Assembly: GCA_016870835.1 (NCBI GenBank)
Contig: VGAG01000002.1
Span: forward strand, 4,051 to 68,050
Length of the DNA stretch: 64,000 nt
Source: Actinomycetota bacterium
Lineage (GTDB): Bacteria > Actinomycetota > Actinomycetes > Nanopelagicales > Nanopelagicaceae
Direction of reading: 5' to 3'
The translations under genes and the position numbers were made by a program. This document shows positions 30,901 through 40,283 of the stretch, in pieces. The notes beneath the pieces were generated by a model. The model made no database searches and was not told the DNA's origin. It worked only from the letters and a program-made list of their open reading frames with translations. Position 1 is the first letter of the stretch; the number at the start of each line of letters is the position of its first letter.

Positions 30901-32524
30901 TAAGGTCTATCCGTGGATTGCAAAGACGCGCCACTCGACTCCTGGAGTTGGACTTATCTCGCCGCCTCCTCATCACGATATCTACTCAATTGAAGACCTC
31001 GCCCAACTGATTCATGATTTAAAGAACTCGAATCGTGACGCTCGTATTCATGTGAAGTTAGTTGCCCAGGTTGGAGTAGGAACTGTTGCCGCTGGTGTTT
31101 CAAAAGCGCATGCTGATGTTGTTCTAATTTCTGGTCATGATGGCGGAACTGGTGCGTCACCGCTTACGTCGTTAAAGCACGCTGGTGCTCCGTGGGAATT
31201 AGGCCTTGCTGAGACTCAACAGACTTTGATTTTAAATGGCTTAAGAGATCGAATCACAGTACAAACAGATGGCCAGATGAAGACTGGTCGCGATGTGATC
31301 ATCGCTGCTTTGCTCGGTGCCGAAGAGTATGGATTTGCCACAGCTCCACTCGTTGTTTCGGGTTGTGTAATGATGCGAGTCTGTCATCTAGATACATGCC
31401 CAGTCGGAGTTGCATCCCAGAACCCAGAACTGCGCAAACACTTTACTGGCAAACCTGAATTTGTTGAGACCTTCTTTGAGTACATCGCAGAAGAAGTCCG
31501 TGAGTGGTTGGCAAAGTTGGGCTTCCGTTCACTTGATGAAGCAATCGGACAAGTTGAAGTTCTAGATACGCGCAAAGCGGTTGAACATTGGAAAGCATCT
31601 GGGCTAAATCTTGAACCAATTTTAAAGTTCCCAGTTAGCACTAAATATCCTGCGCGAAAGAAATCGGTCGAACAAGATCATGGTCTAAGTGGCGCACTTG
31701 ATAACGAGTTGTTGAAGCTTGCAGCACCAGCTCTAGTGACAGGAGAGCACATCTCAATTTCTCTTCCAGTAAGGAATAGAAATCGCACCGTGGGAACGAT
31801 CCTGGGCTCAGAAATCACAAAGCGTTTCGGGGGTAATGGTTTACCTGGAGATACGATCGAAGTCACCTTGCATGGCTCAGCCGGTCAGTCACTCGGGGCC
31901 TTCATTCCAAAGGGACTCACAATTCGTCTCTACGGCGATACCAATGATCACCTGGGCAAAGGAATCTCGGGTGGCCGATTGATAGTAAGGCCAGATGAGA
32001 AAGCAGAATTTGAATCAAGTAAGAATGTGATTGCTGGAAACGTTGTTGGTTATGGCGCAACGGGCGGTGAGATATTCGTATCCGGTGTTGTTGGCGAGCG
32101 ATTCTGCGTCCGCAACTCTGGCGCAACTGCAGTAGTCGAAGGCACTGGGGATCATGGCTGCGAATACATGACTGGCGGTGTGGTTGTGGTACTTGGGAAG
32201 ACTGGAAGAAACTTTGCAGCTGGAATGTCTGGGGGAGTTGCGTTTCTCCTTGATCTAGATCCGAAATTAGTCAATACCGAGATGGTCGACTTACAGCCAC
32301 TAGATGATGAGGATAAGAAAAAACTAGAAGCGATCGTCTCGAAGTTCCACGCTGAAACGGGTTCGAAGGTGGCATCAGAACTATTGAAGGATTGGAAGAG
32401 TTCATCCACTCGCTTCACAAGAATCATGCCACGCGACTATGCCCGAGTCCTAAATGTAATTGCAGCTGCTAAAAAATCGGGTAAGCCAGTTGAACAAGCG
32501 ATCATGGAGGTGCTAAATGGCTGA
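27995..32524 (+). CDS. gltB: Glutamate synthase large subunit
   Basis: 1509 aa. N-terminal amidotransferase domain with catalytic Cys ([10 protein letters not shown]), an FMN/Fe-S central domain ([15 protein letters not shown]) and a C-terminal GXGXG beta-helix domain. Confidence 0.97.
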   Translation: MAFSQLFSALPERDGLYDPSFEHDACGVAMVATLNKNATHEIVEQGLEALKNLEHRGASGAEVNSGDGAGILIGIPDQFFRSVLSFKLPELGSYAAGIAFIPKEFKELARLEVLAKEEGLELLGWREVPIDSASLGDTATSIMPNFQQIFLAGSNGERGIELDRKAFCFRKRAEHQLQIYFCSLSSQTIVYKGMLTTHQLSEFFPDLRDEKFASRFALVHSRFSTNTFPSWPLAHPYRFVAHNGEINTVKGNRNWMAARESLLESQLIPGDLKRLFPIVDPNGSDTASFDEVLELLYLGGRSLPHSVLMMIPEAWENHETMSEVRKDFYRFHASLMEPWDGPACITFTDGNLIGAVLDRNGLRPSRFWITKDGLVVLASEVGVLDIPQDRVLRKGRLQPGKMFLVDLNDGRIIEDDEIKDGLANAAPYSEWLHAGMVRLKDIPAREHIFYPHSSVLRRQRAFGYTEEELRMIITPMARTGAEPIGSMGTDTPVAVLSEKPRLLFDYFSQLFAQVTNPPLDAIREELVTSLGSSIGPEHNLLDPGPASCRQISLEFPVLDNDQLAKIIHVNADGNNPGFSSYVVRGLFPIADGGEGLKARLEEIRAEVSAAISEGARIIVLSDRDGDGENAPIPSLLLTAAVHHHLIREKTRTKVGLVVETGEVREVHHVALLIGYGAAAVNPYLAMESAEDLVLHGIITDVTADKAVYNLIKALGKGVLKVMSKMGISTIASYTGAQVFEALGLSQELIDEYFVGTTSRLGGVGIEVIAEETIKRHHIAYPPGGEIPNTKRLQIGGEYQWRREGEPHLFDPETVFALQHATRAKRYDIFKRYTTRIDEQSEALMTLRGLFTFKEGVRKPISIDEVEPVSSIVKRFSTGAMSYGSISQEAHETLAIAMNRLGAKSNTGEGGEDPERFQPLENGDSKRSAIKQVASGRFGVTSEYLVNADDLQIKMAQGAKPGEGGQLPGNKVYPWIAKTRHSTPGVGLISPPPHHDIYSIEDLAQLIHDLKNSNRDARIHVKLVAQVGVGTVAAGVSKAHADVVLISGHDGGTGASPLTSLKHAGAPWELGLAETQQTLILNGLRDRITVQTDGQMKTGRDVIIAALLGAEEYGFATAPLVVSGCVMMRVCHLDTCPVGVASQNPELRKHFTGKPEFVETFFEYIAEEVREWLAKLGFRSLDEAIGQVEVLDTRKAVEHWKASGLNLEPILKFPVSTKYPARKKSVEQDHGLSGALDNELLKLAAPALVTGEHISISLPVRNRNRTVGTILGSEITKRFGGNGLPGDTIEVTLHGSAGQSLGAFIPKGLTIRLYGDTNDHLGKGISGGRLIVRPDEKAEFESSKNVIAGNVVGYGATGGEIFVSGVVGERFCVRNSGATAVVEGTGDHGCEYMTGGVVVVLGKTGRNFAAGMSGGVAFLLDLDPKLVNTEMVDLQPLDDEDKKKLEAIVSKFHAETGSKVASELLKDWKSSSTRFTRIMPRDYARVLNVIAAAKKSGKPVEQAIMEVLNG

Positions 32525-33974
32525 TCCAAAAGGCTTTCTAAAATTTGATCGAGAGACCCCAAAGCGCCGCCCAGTTGATGTACGGATTAGAGATTGGCGT
32601 GAGGTTTACGAGGAGCAAGAGTTCTCCACTCTGCAACGTCAAGCGGGACGTTGCATGGATTGTGGAATTCCTTTCTGTCATCAAGGCTGCCCTCTTGGAA
32701 ACCTAATTCCTGAGTGGAACGATCTGATTTGGCGGAATGAAAAAGTTGATGCAATTGATCGCCTGCACGCAACCAATAACTTTCCAGAGTTCACCGGAAG
32801 GCTATGTCCCGCTCCGTGTGAGACAGCATGTGTACTAGGCATAAATCAAAATCCAGTCACTATTAAGCAGATTGAACTGCGCACAATAGAAGAGGCGTTC
32901 CAAGCTGGAAATGTAAAACCACTTCAACCGGATCGAATTACCGGTAAAACTGTTGCGGTTATTGGATCTGGACCTGCGGGACTTGCAGCAGCCCAACAGC
33001 TAACACGTGCTGGACATACCGTCGTCGTGTACGAGCGCGCTGAGAAGATTGGCGGGCTTCTACGCTACGGAATCCCAGAATTCAAAATGGAAAAGTCAAT
33101 CTTGGATCGTCGCCTAAATCAGATGCAACGTGAAGGCACTCGTTTTCGTGCCGGTGTAAATGTTGGCGTTGATTTAACTGCGCATGATTTGAAGTTGCGG
33201 TATGACGCAGTCGTTCTTGCCGTTGGCTCAACTATTGCCCGGGATTTGAATATTCCTGGAAGAGAAGCGCGCGGAATCCACCAAGCAATGGAGTATTTGC
33301 CTTGGGGAAATAAGCAAGCGCTTGGCGAACTTGCAGAAGAGCCTGTCATTAACGCAAAGGGTAAGACTGTAATTATTTTAGGTGGCGGTGATACTGGAGC
33401 AGATTGCCTTGGTACTGTGATACGTCAAGGAGCTGCGAGCATCACCCAAATTGAAATCATGCCAAGGCCAACCGAAGAGCGGCCTTCATCTCAACCTTGG
33501 CCAACCTATCCGATGGTTTATCGAGTGAGTAGCGCGCATGAAGAAGCTGGCGAGCGCATGTACGCCATTGCAACTCAGGAGTTCATCAAAGATAAAGATG
33601 GAAACCTAACTGGATTAAAGGTTGTAGAGACAAAGTTTGAGAATGGAAAATTCGAGCCCATTTCTGGCACCGAAAAAGTTATTCCTGCGGACATGGTTCT
33701 CTTAGCAATGGGTTTTGTCGGCCCCGAACAGAACAAGTTAGTTAAAGATCTAGAAGTAAAGCTTGATGGGCGCGGAAATATTGAACGTGATAATTCTTAT
33801 GCAACAAGTGTTGAGAAGATTTTTGTTTGCGGAGATGCAGGCCGTGGCCAATCCTTGATTGTTTGGGCAATTGCCGAGGGAAGAAGCGCAGCCGCAGCCG
33901 TCGATGAATATTTGATGGGAAGGACTCAACTCCCGGCCCCAATCCTTCCTACTGCGCGGCCACTCGTCGTCTGA
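32517..33974 (+). CDS. gltD: Glutamate synthase small subunit (NADPH)
   Basis: 8-nt overlap with gltB. Fe-S motifs [10 protein letters not shown] and CPAPCE, plus the dinucleotide folds [10 protein letters not shown] and GGGDTGADC. Confidence 0.96.
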   Translation: MADPKGFLKFDRETPKRRPVDVRIRDWREVYEEQEFSTLQRQAGRCMDCGIPFCHQGCPLGNLIPEWNDLIWRNEKVDAIDRLHATNNFPEFTGRLCPAPCETACVLGINQNPVTIKQIELRTIEEAFQAGNVKPLQPDRITGKTVAVIGSGPAGLAAAQQLTRAGHTVVVYERAEKIGGLLRYGIPEFKMEKSILDRRLNQMQREGTRFRAGVNVGVDLTAHDLKLRYDAVVLAVGSTIARDLNIPGREARGIHQAMEYLPWGNKQALGELAEEPVINAKGKTVIILGGGDTGADCLGTVIRQGAASITQIEIMPRPTEERPSSQPWPTYPMVYRVSSAHEEAGERMYAIATQEFIKDKDGNLTGLKVVETKFENGKFEPISGTEKVIPADMVLLAMGFVGPEQNKLVKDLEVKLDGRGNIERDNSYATSVEKIFVCGDAGRGQSLIVWAIAEGRSAAAAVDEYLMGRTQLPAPILPTARPLVV

Positions 33975-34034
33975 TACGAGTGAATTTATTAAGTGAACTT
34001 ATTTCCGATTGGTGGGATGGAATAAGGTTGGCTA

Positions 34035-35474
34035 ATGCGTAGAGCGAAGATTGTCTGCACTCTTGGCCCCGCTGTATCAAGCGCTGATGCGTTAGGTTCC
34101 CTAATTGATGCCGGAATGAATGTTGCGCGGCTAAATCTCTCTCACGGTGATTACAAAGATCATGAGGTGCAGCTGAAGCTAGTTCGCGAACTTGCCTCAA
34201 AAAAAGGCGTTGCTGTAGCAATCCTGGTTGATTTGCAAGGTCCAAAAATAAGGTTAGGAAGATTTGAAGCTGGAGCTCATGATTTGAAGGTAGATGACAA
34301 ACTTGTCATTACTACTGATGAAGTTGTTGGAACTAAGGATCGAGTTAGCACTACCTACAAAGGTCTGCCAGGAGATTGCAAAGTCGGCGATCGCATTCTT
34401 ATTGATGATGGAAAAGTTGCCGTTGAGGTTACAAAGGTATCTACAAATGAAGTTGAAACAAAGTGCGTTGAAGCTGGAACCGTTTCAAATAACAAAGGTT
34501 TAAATCTCCCCGGAGTCGCAGTTTCTGTTCCTGCGCTATCTGATAAAGATATTGAGGATTTGCGCTGGGGCTTAAAGGCCGGAGCAGATTTCACCGCGCT
34601 CTCCTTTGTTCGAAGTGCACGAGATATCGATGGCGTCCATAAGATCATGGATGAACTAGGCATTCGCCGTCCGGTAATCGCCAAGATTGAAAAACCACAA
34701 GCTGTTGCAAACCTCCCTGAGATTATCGAGGCTTTCGATGGAATCATGGTCGCTCGAGGCGATCTTGGCGTTGAGGTGCCGATTGAGGATATTCCGCTAA
34801 TTCAAAAACACTGCATCACACTTGCTCGCGAACAGGCTAAGCCGGTAATTGTTGCAACCCAGATGCTTGATTCAATGATCAACAACGCTCGCCCGACTCG
34901 AGCTGAGGCAACGGATTGCGCTAACGCCGTTCTAGATGGAGCAGATGCCTTGATGCTCTCAGGCGAAACCAGCGTTGGTAATTATGCAACCGAAGCCGTG
35001 CGAACAATGGCAAGGATTATTGAAAAGACTGAGACCGATGCGCTCCATTTGATTCCAGCTCTTATGCACAACCCAAAAACTAAAGGTGGAGCAATCACAA
35101 AAGCTGCAACAGAAGTTGGACAAGTAATCGGAGCAAAGGTGCTTGCGACCTTTACAAAATCGGGGGATTCCGCTCGAAGAATGTCGCGCTTACGGAGCAA
35201 CATTCCAGTAGTTGCGCTCACGCCTGATGAGACTACTTATCATCAATTAGCGCTCTCTTGGGGAATTGAAACTTTCATTACTCCACTAGTTCAAACCACA
35301 GATGAAATGGTCAAGCAAGTTGATGCAATCCTCATTAAGGAAAATAGGGTCAACAAGGGTGAGGCAATCATGATTGTTGCTGGTTCGCCACCAGGTATTC
35401 CCGGATCTACAAATGCGATGCGCGTACATATCATCGGTGATGCAGTAGGTGGCGTTGCTGCCGCATATCGCTAA
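34035..35474 (+). CDS. pyk: Pyruvate kinase
   Basis: Motifs RRAKIVCTLGPA, NLSHG, MVARGDLGVE and MLSGETS. Confidence 0.96.
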   Translation: MRRAKIVCTLGPAVSSADALGSLIDAGMNVARLNLSHGDYKDHEVQLKLVRELASKKGVAVAILVDLQGPKIRLGRFEAGAHDLKVDDKLVITTDEVVGTKDRVSTTYKGLPGDCKVGDRILIDDGKVAVEVTKVSTNEVETKCVEAGTVSNNKGLNLPGVAVSVPALSDKDIEDLRWGLKAGADFTALSFVRSARDIDGVHKIMDELGIRRPVIAKIEKPQAVANLPEIIEAFDGIMVARGDLGVEVPIEDIPLIQKHCITLAREQAKPVIVATQMLDSMINNARPTRAEATDCANAVLDGADALMLSGETSVGNYATEAVRTMARIIEKTETDALHLIPALMHNPKTKGGAITKAATEVGQVIGAKVLATFTKSGDSARRMSRLRSNIPVVALTPDETTYHQLALSWGIETFITPLVQTTDEMVKQVDAILIKENRVNKGEAIMIVAGSPPGIPGSTNAMRVHIIGDAVGGVAAAYR

Positions 35475-35488
35475 ACTACGAACTCCTC

Positions 35489-35561
35489 GCCTCGGTACTC
35501 CAACGGTAGAGAGGACGGTCTCAAAAACCGTATAGTGTCGGTTCAAATCCGACTCGAGGCA
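35489..35561 (+). tRNA. tRNA with anticodon CAA by hand folding (nominally Leu) but a class-I-length 5-nt variable loop; CCA not encoded
   Basis: Hand fold of 73 nt:
- Acceptor GCCUCGG/UCGAGGC (7 bp including one G-U) with discriminator A.
- D-arm CUC-CAACGGUAGA-GAG.
- Anticodon arm ACGGU-CUCAAAA-ACCGU.
- Variable loop AUAGU.
- T-arm GUCGG-UUCAAAU-CCGAC. Confidence 0.8.
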
Positions 35562-35562
35562 C

Positions 35563-36156
35563 ATGACTGATAGCAAATCTGCCACTAAGCGAATCTTGAT
35601 TGCCGAAGATGAAACTCTGATTCGAATGGATCTTGCTGAGATGTTGCGTGAGAGCGGTTATGAAGTTGTGGGTGAGGCTACAAATGGTGAGGAAGCGGTA
35701 AATCTTGCAAAGGAATTGAAACCTGATCTTTCAATTCTTGATGTGAAGATACCCAAAATTGATGGCATCACCGCAGCCGAATCTATTGTTGAGATAAGTC
35801 CAGTTCTAATGCTCACGGCCTTTAGTCAGAAAGATCTTGTTGAGCGAGCAGTTGATGCCGGCGTTATGGCGTACGTGGTCAAACCCTTCACGATTAATGA
35901 CTTACTTCCTGCAATTGAAATCGCAATTACTAGGCACTCCCAGATGCTTGCCCTAAGGGCAGAGGCAAGTGATCTTGCAGAACGTCTTGAAACTCGAAAA
36001 TTGATAGATCGCGCCAAAGGAATCTTGATGCAGGCGATGAAGTTGAGCGAACCTGAAGCATTTAAATGGATTCAGCGGACAGCGATGGATCGCAGGGTCT
36101 CGATGAAGGAAGTGGCCCAAGCGGTTATTGACCCGGCATCGGCCCCAAACATCTAG
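35563..36156 (+). CDS. pdtaR: PdtaR-type response regulator (receiver domain plus ANTAR RNA-binding domain)
   Basis: Receiver motifs ILIAEDE, phospho-acceptor ILDVKIP and VVKPF. The C-terminal ANTAR helix region reads RKLIDRAKGILMQ...EAFKWIQRTAMDRRVSMKEVA. Confidence 0.9.
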   Translation: MTDSKSATKRILIAEDETLIRMDLAEMLRESGYEVVGEATNGEEAVNLAKELKPDLSILDVKIPKIDGITAAESIVEISPVLMLTAFSQKDLVERAVDAGVMAYVVKPFTINDLLPAIEIAITRHSQMLALRAEASDLAERLETRKLIDRAKGILMQAMKLSEPEAFKWIQRTAMDRRVSMKEVAQAVIDPASAPNI

Positions 36157-36272
36157 CTAATTTGGTTGGGAACCGTCTCATATAACGGGAAAGTTATTTA
36201 AGGGCGTGTGGTATTCGATTGTGCTGAGCGTGAGGCTAACGCTAGCCTTCACCCCTCCCTGTCCCAGGGGGC

Positions 36273-37451
36273 ATGATCATGAATGAAAGGCAACAAATGA
36301 AGAGGCAACGCTTAATTTCTGTTGCTGCCGTAATCGCTCTTGCTGCAGGTTCTGCGGTTGCGATTGCTCCAGCATCGAATGCAGCTCCAAAGACAATCAC
36401 CCTCGCGTTTCAGGGTCCTCTAACTGGTGAAGAAGCATCGGTTGGTCAGGATGAATTGGCTGGCATGAAATACGCCATCAAACTCTTTAACGCAAAGAAC
36501 AAAGGCAAGTACAACATTAAAGTTGTGGAGGCAGATGACCAGGGCGATCCAGCACAATCTGCAAAGGTTGCTCCAGGAATCGCATCAAACAAGAAAATTA
36601 TTGGTCTTGTAGGTGCTGCCTACTCAGGTGCAACAATTGCCGCACTTCCTTATTACAAGCAGACTCTCTTGCCGATGATTTCCCCATCAGCAACACGCGT
36701 GTCAATCACAGACCCAGCCGCTCAGGGTGGAGCCATGGGCGTTCCTGTATTTCACCGGATACCACCAACTGACAAGGTTCAGGGTCCATCACTATTTAAA
36801 TTGGCTACAAATGGTGTTCCATCACCAAAGGTTTTCGTAGTGGATGACCAATCAGCGTACGGCGTTGGTCTAGTTGATTACATGAAACCTTCAATTCCTG
36901 CTGGTCAATCAGCTGGCTTTGACAGCGTTTCAGATAAGACAACTGACTGGTCTGCAACAATCTCGAAGATTAAGACCGCAGGTGCAAACGTTGTTATCTA
37001 TACCGGCTATTTCCCACAGGCTGCACCATTCTTCAAGCAACTACGTGATAGCGGGTACAAAGGGATCCTTGCAGGCGGCGACGGTGTTCTAAGCCCAACA
37101 TTCGTAACCCTTGCTCCAGCATCAGTTCTTGAGGGTGTTCGTCTAACTGCGGGAACAGTCCCACTTGCTGAAATCAGCGCAAAGCTTGAAGCAGATTTCA
37201 AGAAGAAGATGGGTAAGTCCTCGGGCGTTTATGCTGCTGAGGCAATTGATGCCACAAATGTATTCTTGAGCTGTGTTACAAAGGGTGCTTCAACCCGCGA
37301 AGCTATGCTCAAGTGCGTTAAGGCATATAAAGGCAAGTCATTAACTGGTGCAACCATTAAGTTTGATGCTTTTGGTGATGTCGCTGGTGGTGGCATGAAT
37401 GGCTTCGAAGTCAAAGGTGGCGTTATTACGTTCACAGGGCCAGTAAAGTAA
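36273..37451 (+). CDS. ABC transporter substrate-binding protein, branched-chain amino acid (LivK/LivJ) family
   Basis: Signal peptide MKRQRLISVAAVIALAAGSAVAIAPASNA followed by a type-I periplasmic binding fold. It is followed by livHMGF-type genes. The start is ambiguous: ATG at 36273, 36279 or 36297, the last preceded by GAAAGG at 6 nt. Confidence 0.85.
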   Translation: MIMNERQQMKRQRLISVAAVIALAAGSAVAIAPASNAAPKTITLAFQGPLTGEEASVGQDELAGMKYAIKLFNAKNKGKYNIKVVEADDQGDPAQSAKVAPGIASNKKIIGLVGAAYSGATIAALPYYKQTLLPMISPSATRVSITDPAAQGGAMGVPVFHRIPPTDKVQGPSLFKLATNGVPSPKVFVVDDQSAYGVGLVDYMKPSIPAGQSAGFDSVSDKTTDWSATISKIKTAGANVVIYTGYFPQAAPFFKQLRDSGYKGILAGGDGVLSPTFVTLAPASVLEGVRLTAGTVPLAEISAKLEADFKKKMGKSSGVYAAEAIDATNVFLSCVTKGASTREAMLKCVKAYKGKSLTGATIKFDAFGDVAGGGMNGFEVKGGVITFTGPVK

Positions 37452-37470
37452 AAAAGTAGGAGAGTCAGGA

Positions 37471-37504
37471 TTCGGCAGGCTCCTCATCTCGAGGGCCTGC
37501 CGAA
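37471..37504 (+). other. Strong intra-operon stem-loop after the binding-protein gene (no U-tract)
   Basis: Perfect 10-bp stem TTCGGCAGGC/GCCTGCCGAA, extended internally by CCTC/GAGG. It begins 20 nt after the stop codon. Confidence 0.6.
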
Positions 37505-37540
37505 GCTCTAATTGAAACCTCTAGATAGGAATCAAGCGCC

Positions 37541-38491
37541 TTGATCGGAAATTTTCTAGATCAATTTTGGTCGTTGACTTTTGGTGGCTTAAGTCTTGGC
37601 TTTATTTACATCCTCATAGCCCTCGGCTACACAATGGTCTATGGCGTTTTGCGCATGATCAATTTTGCTAATTCGGAAATATTTATGGTTGGTACTTTTG
37701 CCACGATTATTGTGATTCGAGATTTGTTTAAATTCACTCAAGCCTCAGAGCCAGCAACCGGCCTCCGTCTCTGGCTCGTTCTTGCAACCGCATTGATCTT
37801 TTCTATGTTGGTATCGGGCGCACTCTCCATGCTAGTTGAAATCGTTGCCTATCGCAGATTGCGCAGAATGAACTCTGGAGTTCTCGCTCCCTTGATTTCA
37901 GCTATCGGTGTATCAATGGTTCTTGCAGAGAGCGTTCGAATTCTTACTGATTCAAGACCAGTTGCAAGTCCGCGCGCTATGGAGAAAAAGTTCATTGGAC
38001 AGTTCTTTGATGCGGGCATTCGAATCGATAATACAATTATTGTCACATCTGCATTAATTCTCTTTGCTGTGCTCATTACTTTTGTTAATAGAACCCGCAT
38101 GGGTAAGGCAATTCGTGCAGTCTCTATGAACCCCAACGCTGCTCGTTTGATGGGTATAAATATTGATGGAGTAGTGTCGGCCACATTCTTAGTTGGTGGA
38201 TTAATGACTGGTGCAGCTGGTTTTTTTTATACTTTAAAGTATGAAAATACAGCTTCAAATATCGGGTTTGAGCTTGGAATCGCAGCATTTACTGCGGCTA
38301 TCCTAGGGGGAATCGGAAATATCAAAGGGGCTTTTTATGGTGGATTAGCTCTCGGACTTCTTGAAACTTATGCCTCATTCTTCCTGGGAACACAATGGAA
38401 AGCTGTCACAGTATTCGTGGTGCTCGTACTCGTTCTCTACACCAGACCGAATGGTTTATTCGGTGAAGCGCTAACTCAGACGAGGGCATGA
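37541..38491 (+). CDS. livH: Branched-chain amino acid ABC transporter permease (LivH type)
   Basis: 316-aa multi-TM protein with a TTG start. Family-typical NFANSE and GGIGNIKGA motifs. Confidence 0.85.
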   Translation: MIGNFLDQFWSLTFGGLSLGFIYILIALGYTMVYGVLRMINFANSEIFMVGTFATIIVIRDLFKFTQASEPATGLRLWLVLATALIFSMLVSGALSMLVEIVAYRRLRRMNSGVLAPLISAIGVSMVLAESVRILTDSRPVASPRAMEKKFIGQFFDAGIRIDNTIIVTSALILFAVLITFVNRTRMGKAIRAVSMNPNAARLMGINIDGVVSATFLVGGLMTGAAGFFYTLKYENTASNIGFELGIAAFTAAILGGIGNIKGAFYGGLALGLLETYASFFLGTQWKAVTVFVVLVLVLYTRPNGLFGEALTQTRA

Positions 38492-39510
38492 TGATAAATC
38501 TTCGGGACAAGGGAGCGGCAATCTGGGAGAACCAGGGCCGTTTTGGTCGCATTGGAATCGCACTTGGGGCGATGACAGTTGCAGCCGCTCTTCCATTTAT
38601 GGGGGGCACAATTCTAAATACTCCAATTGCTGATTATGAATCAGTTCTGGTTTATCCAATAGCAATGTTTGTCCTAATGGCAATCGGCCTAAACATTGTT
38701 ATTGGCAAGAGTGGACTCCTAGACCTTGGTTACGTAGCCTTCTTTGCAATTGGCGCGTACACCATGGGCTTACTTGGGACCAGGACAGGCTTGAATACCT
38801 GGGAGATTTTGCCGATTGGAATTGCCATGGCTATGTTTTCGGGCATTATTCTAGGAGTTCCTGCTCTTAAACTTCGCGGCGACTATTTAGCAATTATTAC
38901 ACTTGGTTTTGGTGAAATTGTAAGAATTGTGGCATTAAACCTGGGCACGCTCGGCCGCTCTGAAGGAATTATCAATATTCCAACCCCTCCTGGTATTTTT
39001 GGAATCGAATATCGATTTGATAGCCATCGCATCTACTACTGGACTCTCCTGATGCTAATTTTACTTGCCATCTGGATGGTGCGCCGCCTTTCAGTTCGCC
39101 GAGCTGGCCGAGCATGGGAATCTATTCGTCAAGATGAGGATGCGGCCGAGCTACTGGGTGTTCCAACATTTAAATACAAAGTTTGGGCTTTCGTCCTCGG
39201 TGCCTCCGTGGGTGGAGCAGCAGGAGTTTTCTATGCATCAAAAACGCTTTTCATCGCTCCCGACAACTTCACACTGCAGATTTCTATTTTGATTCTCGCT
39301 TGCGTGGTTTTTGGTGGAATGGGAAATATCTGGGGAGTAATTCTTGGGGCCGTAATTCTTGGCTACTTACCGGATCGCATTCGCTTCATTTCCGATGCAA
39401 GACTTCTAGTTTTCGGTCTAGTTTTAGTAATAATGATGAATCTTCGTCCTGACGGATTACTTCCACGCAAGAAGCGCGAAAAGGTTCTTCCAAATAAGGA
39501 GAAGCCATGA
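38488..39510 (+). CDS. livM: Branched-chain amino acid ABC transporter permease (LivM type)
   Basis: ATGA overlap with livH. 340-aa multi-TM protein with LDLGYVAFFAIGAY and GGMGNIWG motifs. Confidence 0.85.
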   Translation: MMINLRDKGAAIWENQGRFGRIGIALGAMTVAAALPFMGGTILNTPIADYESVLVYPIAMFVLMAIGLNIVIGKSGLLDLGYVAFFAIGAYTMGLLGTRTGLNTWEILPIGIAMAMFSGIILGVPALKLRGDYLAIITLGFGEIVRIVALNLGTLGRSEGIINIPTPPGIFGIEYRFDSHRIYYWTLLMLILLAIWMVRRLSVRRAGRAWESIRQDEDAAELLGVPTFKYKVWAFVLGASVGGAAGVFYASKTLFIAPDNFTLQISILILACVVFGGMGNIWGVILGAVILGYLPDRIRFISDARLLVFGLVLVIMMNLRPDGLLPRKKREKVLPNKEKP

Positions 39511-40283
39511 GTACATCGATTCTTTCCCTAAAGAGCGTAACGATGCGCTTTGGCGGCGTAACCGCTCTTAACGATGTAACTTTCGATGTAAAAGAGAAAG
39601 AGATTTTGGGCCTCATCGGTCCTAATGGCGCCGGAAAGACAACGGTTTTCAACGTTATAACCGGCGTCTACCACATCACTTCCGGCTCAATCGATCTTCA
39701 AGGCAAGTCAATCTCTGGAATGAAGCGCTACAAGATTACAAAAGGTGGAATTGCAAGAACTTTCCAGAACATCCGCCTCTGGGGCGACATGACTGCGCTT
39801 GAGAATGTCATGACTGCAACTGATACCCATAAGCGTTCTGGGTTAGTGGGCGGACTTTTTGGATCACCAGTCTCACGAAGAGAAGAGAAGCGCGATAAGA
39901 AGCGCGCCCAAGAGTTATTGGACTTCATCGGAATCGGTGAGTACGCAGATCGTCTTGCGAGGAATCTTCCATACGGAGTTCAACGTCGCCTTGAGATTGC
40001 GCGCGCATTAGGAACCGAGCCAAAGTTAATTCTTCTCGATGAACCCGCAGCCGGTTTCAATCCAGCCGAGAAAGTCGAGTTAGCCAAAGTCATTCGGAAG
40101 ATTCGAGATGCTGGCTACACAATCTTGCTAATTGAGCATGACATGTCCTTGGTGATGAAAGTTTCTGATCGAGTTGTCGTTCTTGATTTTGGACAGAAGA
40201 TTGCTGATAACACTCCTCAAAAAGTTCAAGATGACCCTCGAGTAATCGAGGCCTACTTAGGGGTTCCTGAAGATGCGTCTTGA
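39507..40283 (+). CDS. livG: Branched-chain amino acid ABC transporter ATP-binding protein (LivG type)
   Basis: Walker A GPNGAGKTT, a Q-loop and Walker B LLDEPAAG. ATGA overlap with livM. Confidence 0.9.
   Translation: MSTSILSLKSVTMRFGGVTALNDVTFDVKEKEILGLIGPNGAGKTTVFNVITGVYHITSGSIDLQGKSISGMKRYKITKGGIARTFQNIRLWGDMTALENVMTATDTHKRSGLVGGLFGSPVSRREEKRDKKRAQELLDFIGIGEYADRLARNLPYGVQRRLEIARALGTEPKLILLDEPAAGFNPAEKVELAKVIRKIRDAGYTILLIEHDMSLVMKVSDRVVVLDFGQKIADNTPQKVQDDPRVIEAYLGVPEDAS

Noticed and set aside
35475-35562. The tRNA as an integration hotspot (searched for an integrase, att-like direct repeats or a genomic island next to it).
   Set aside because: The flanking genes pyk and pdtaR/liv are conserved syntenic neighbours. 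No integrase, recombinase or repeat of the tRNA 3' end is visible in the window.
36157-36272. A full dual-hairpin ANTAR target upstream of the liv operon.
   Set aside because: Only one hairpin has the A1/G4 hexaloop. The other candidate hairpin has a GGGAAA loop and lies 34 nt away. It is kept as a low-confidence finding, not a feature.
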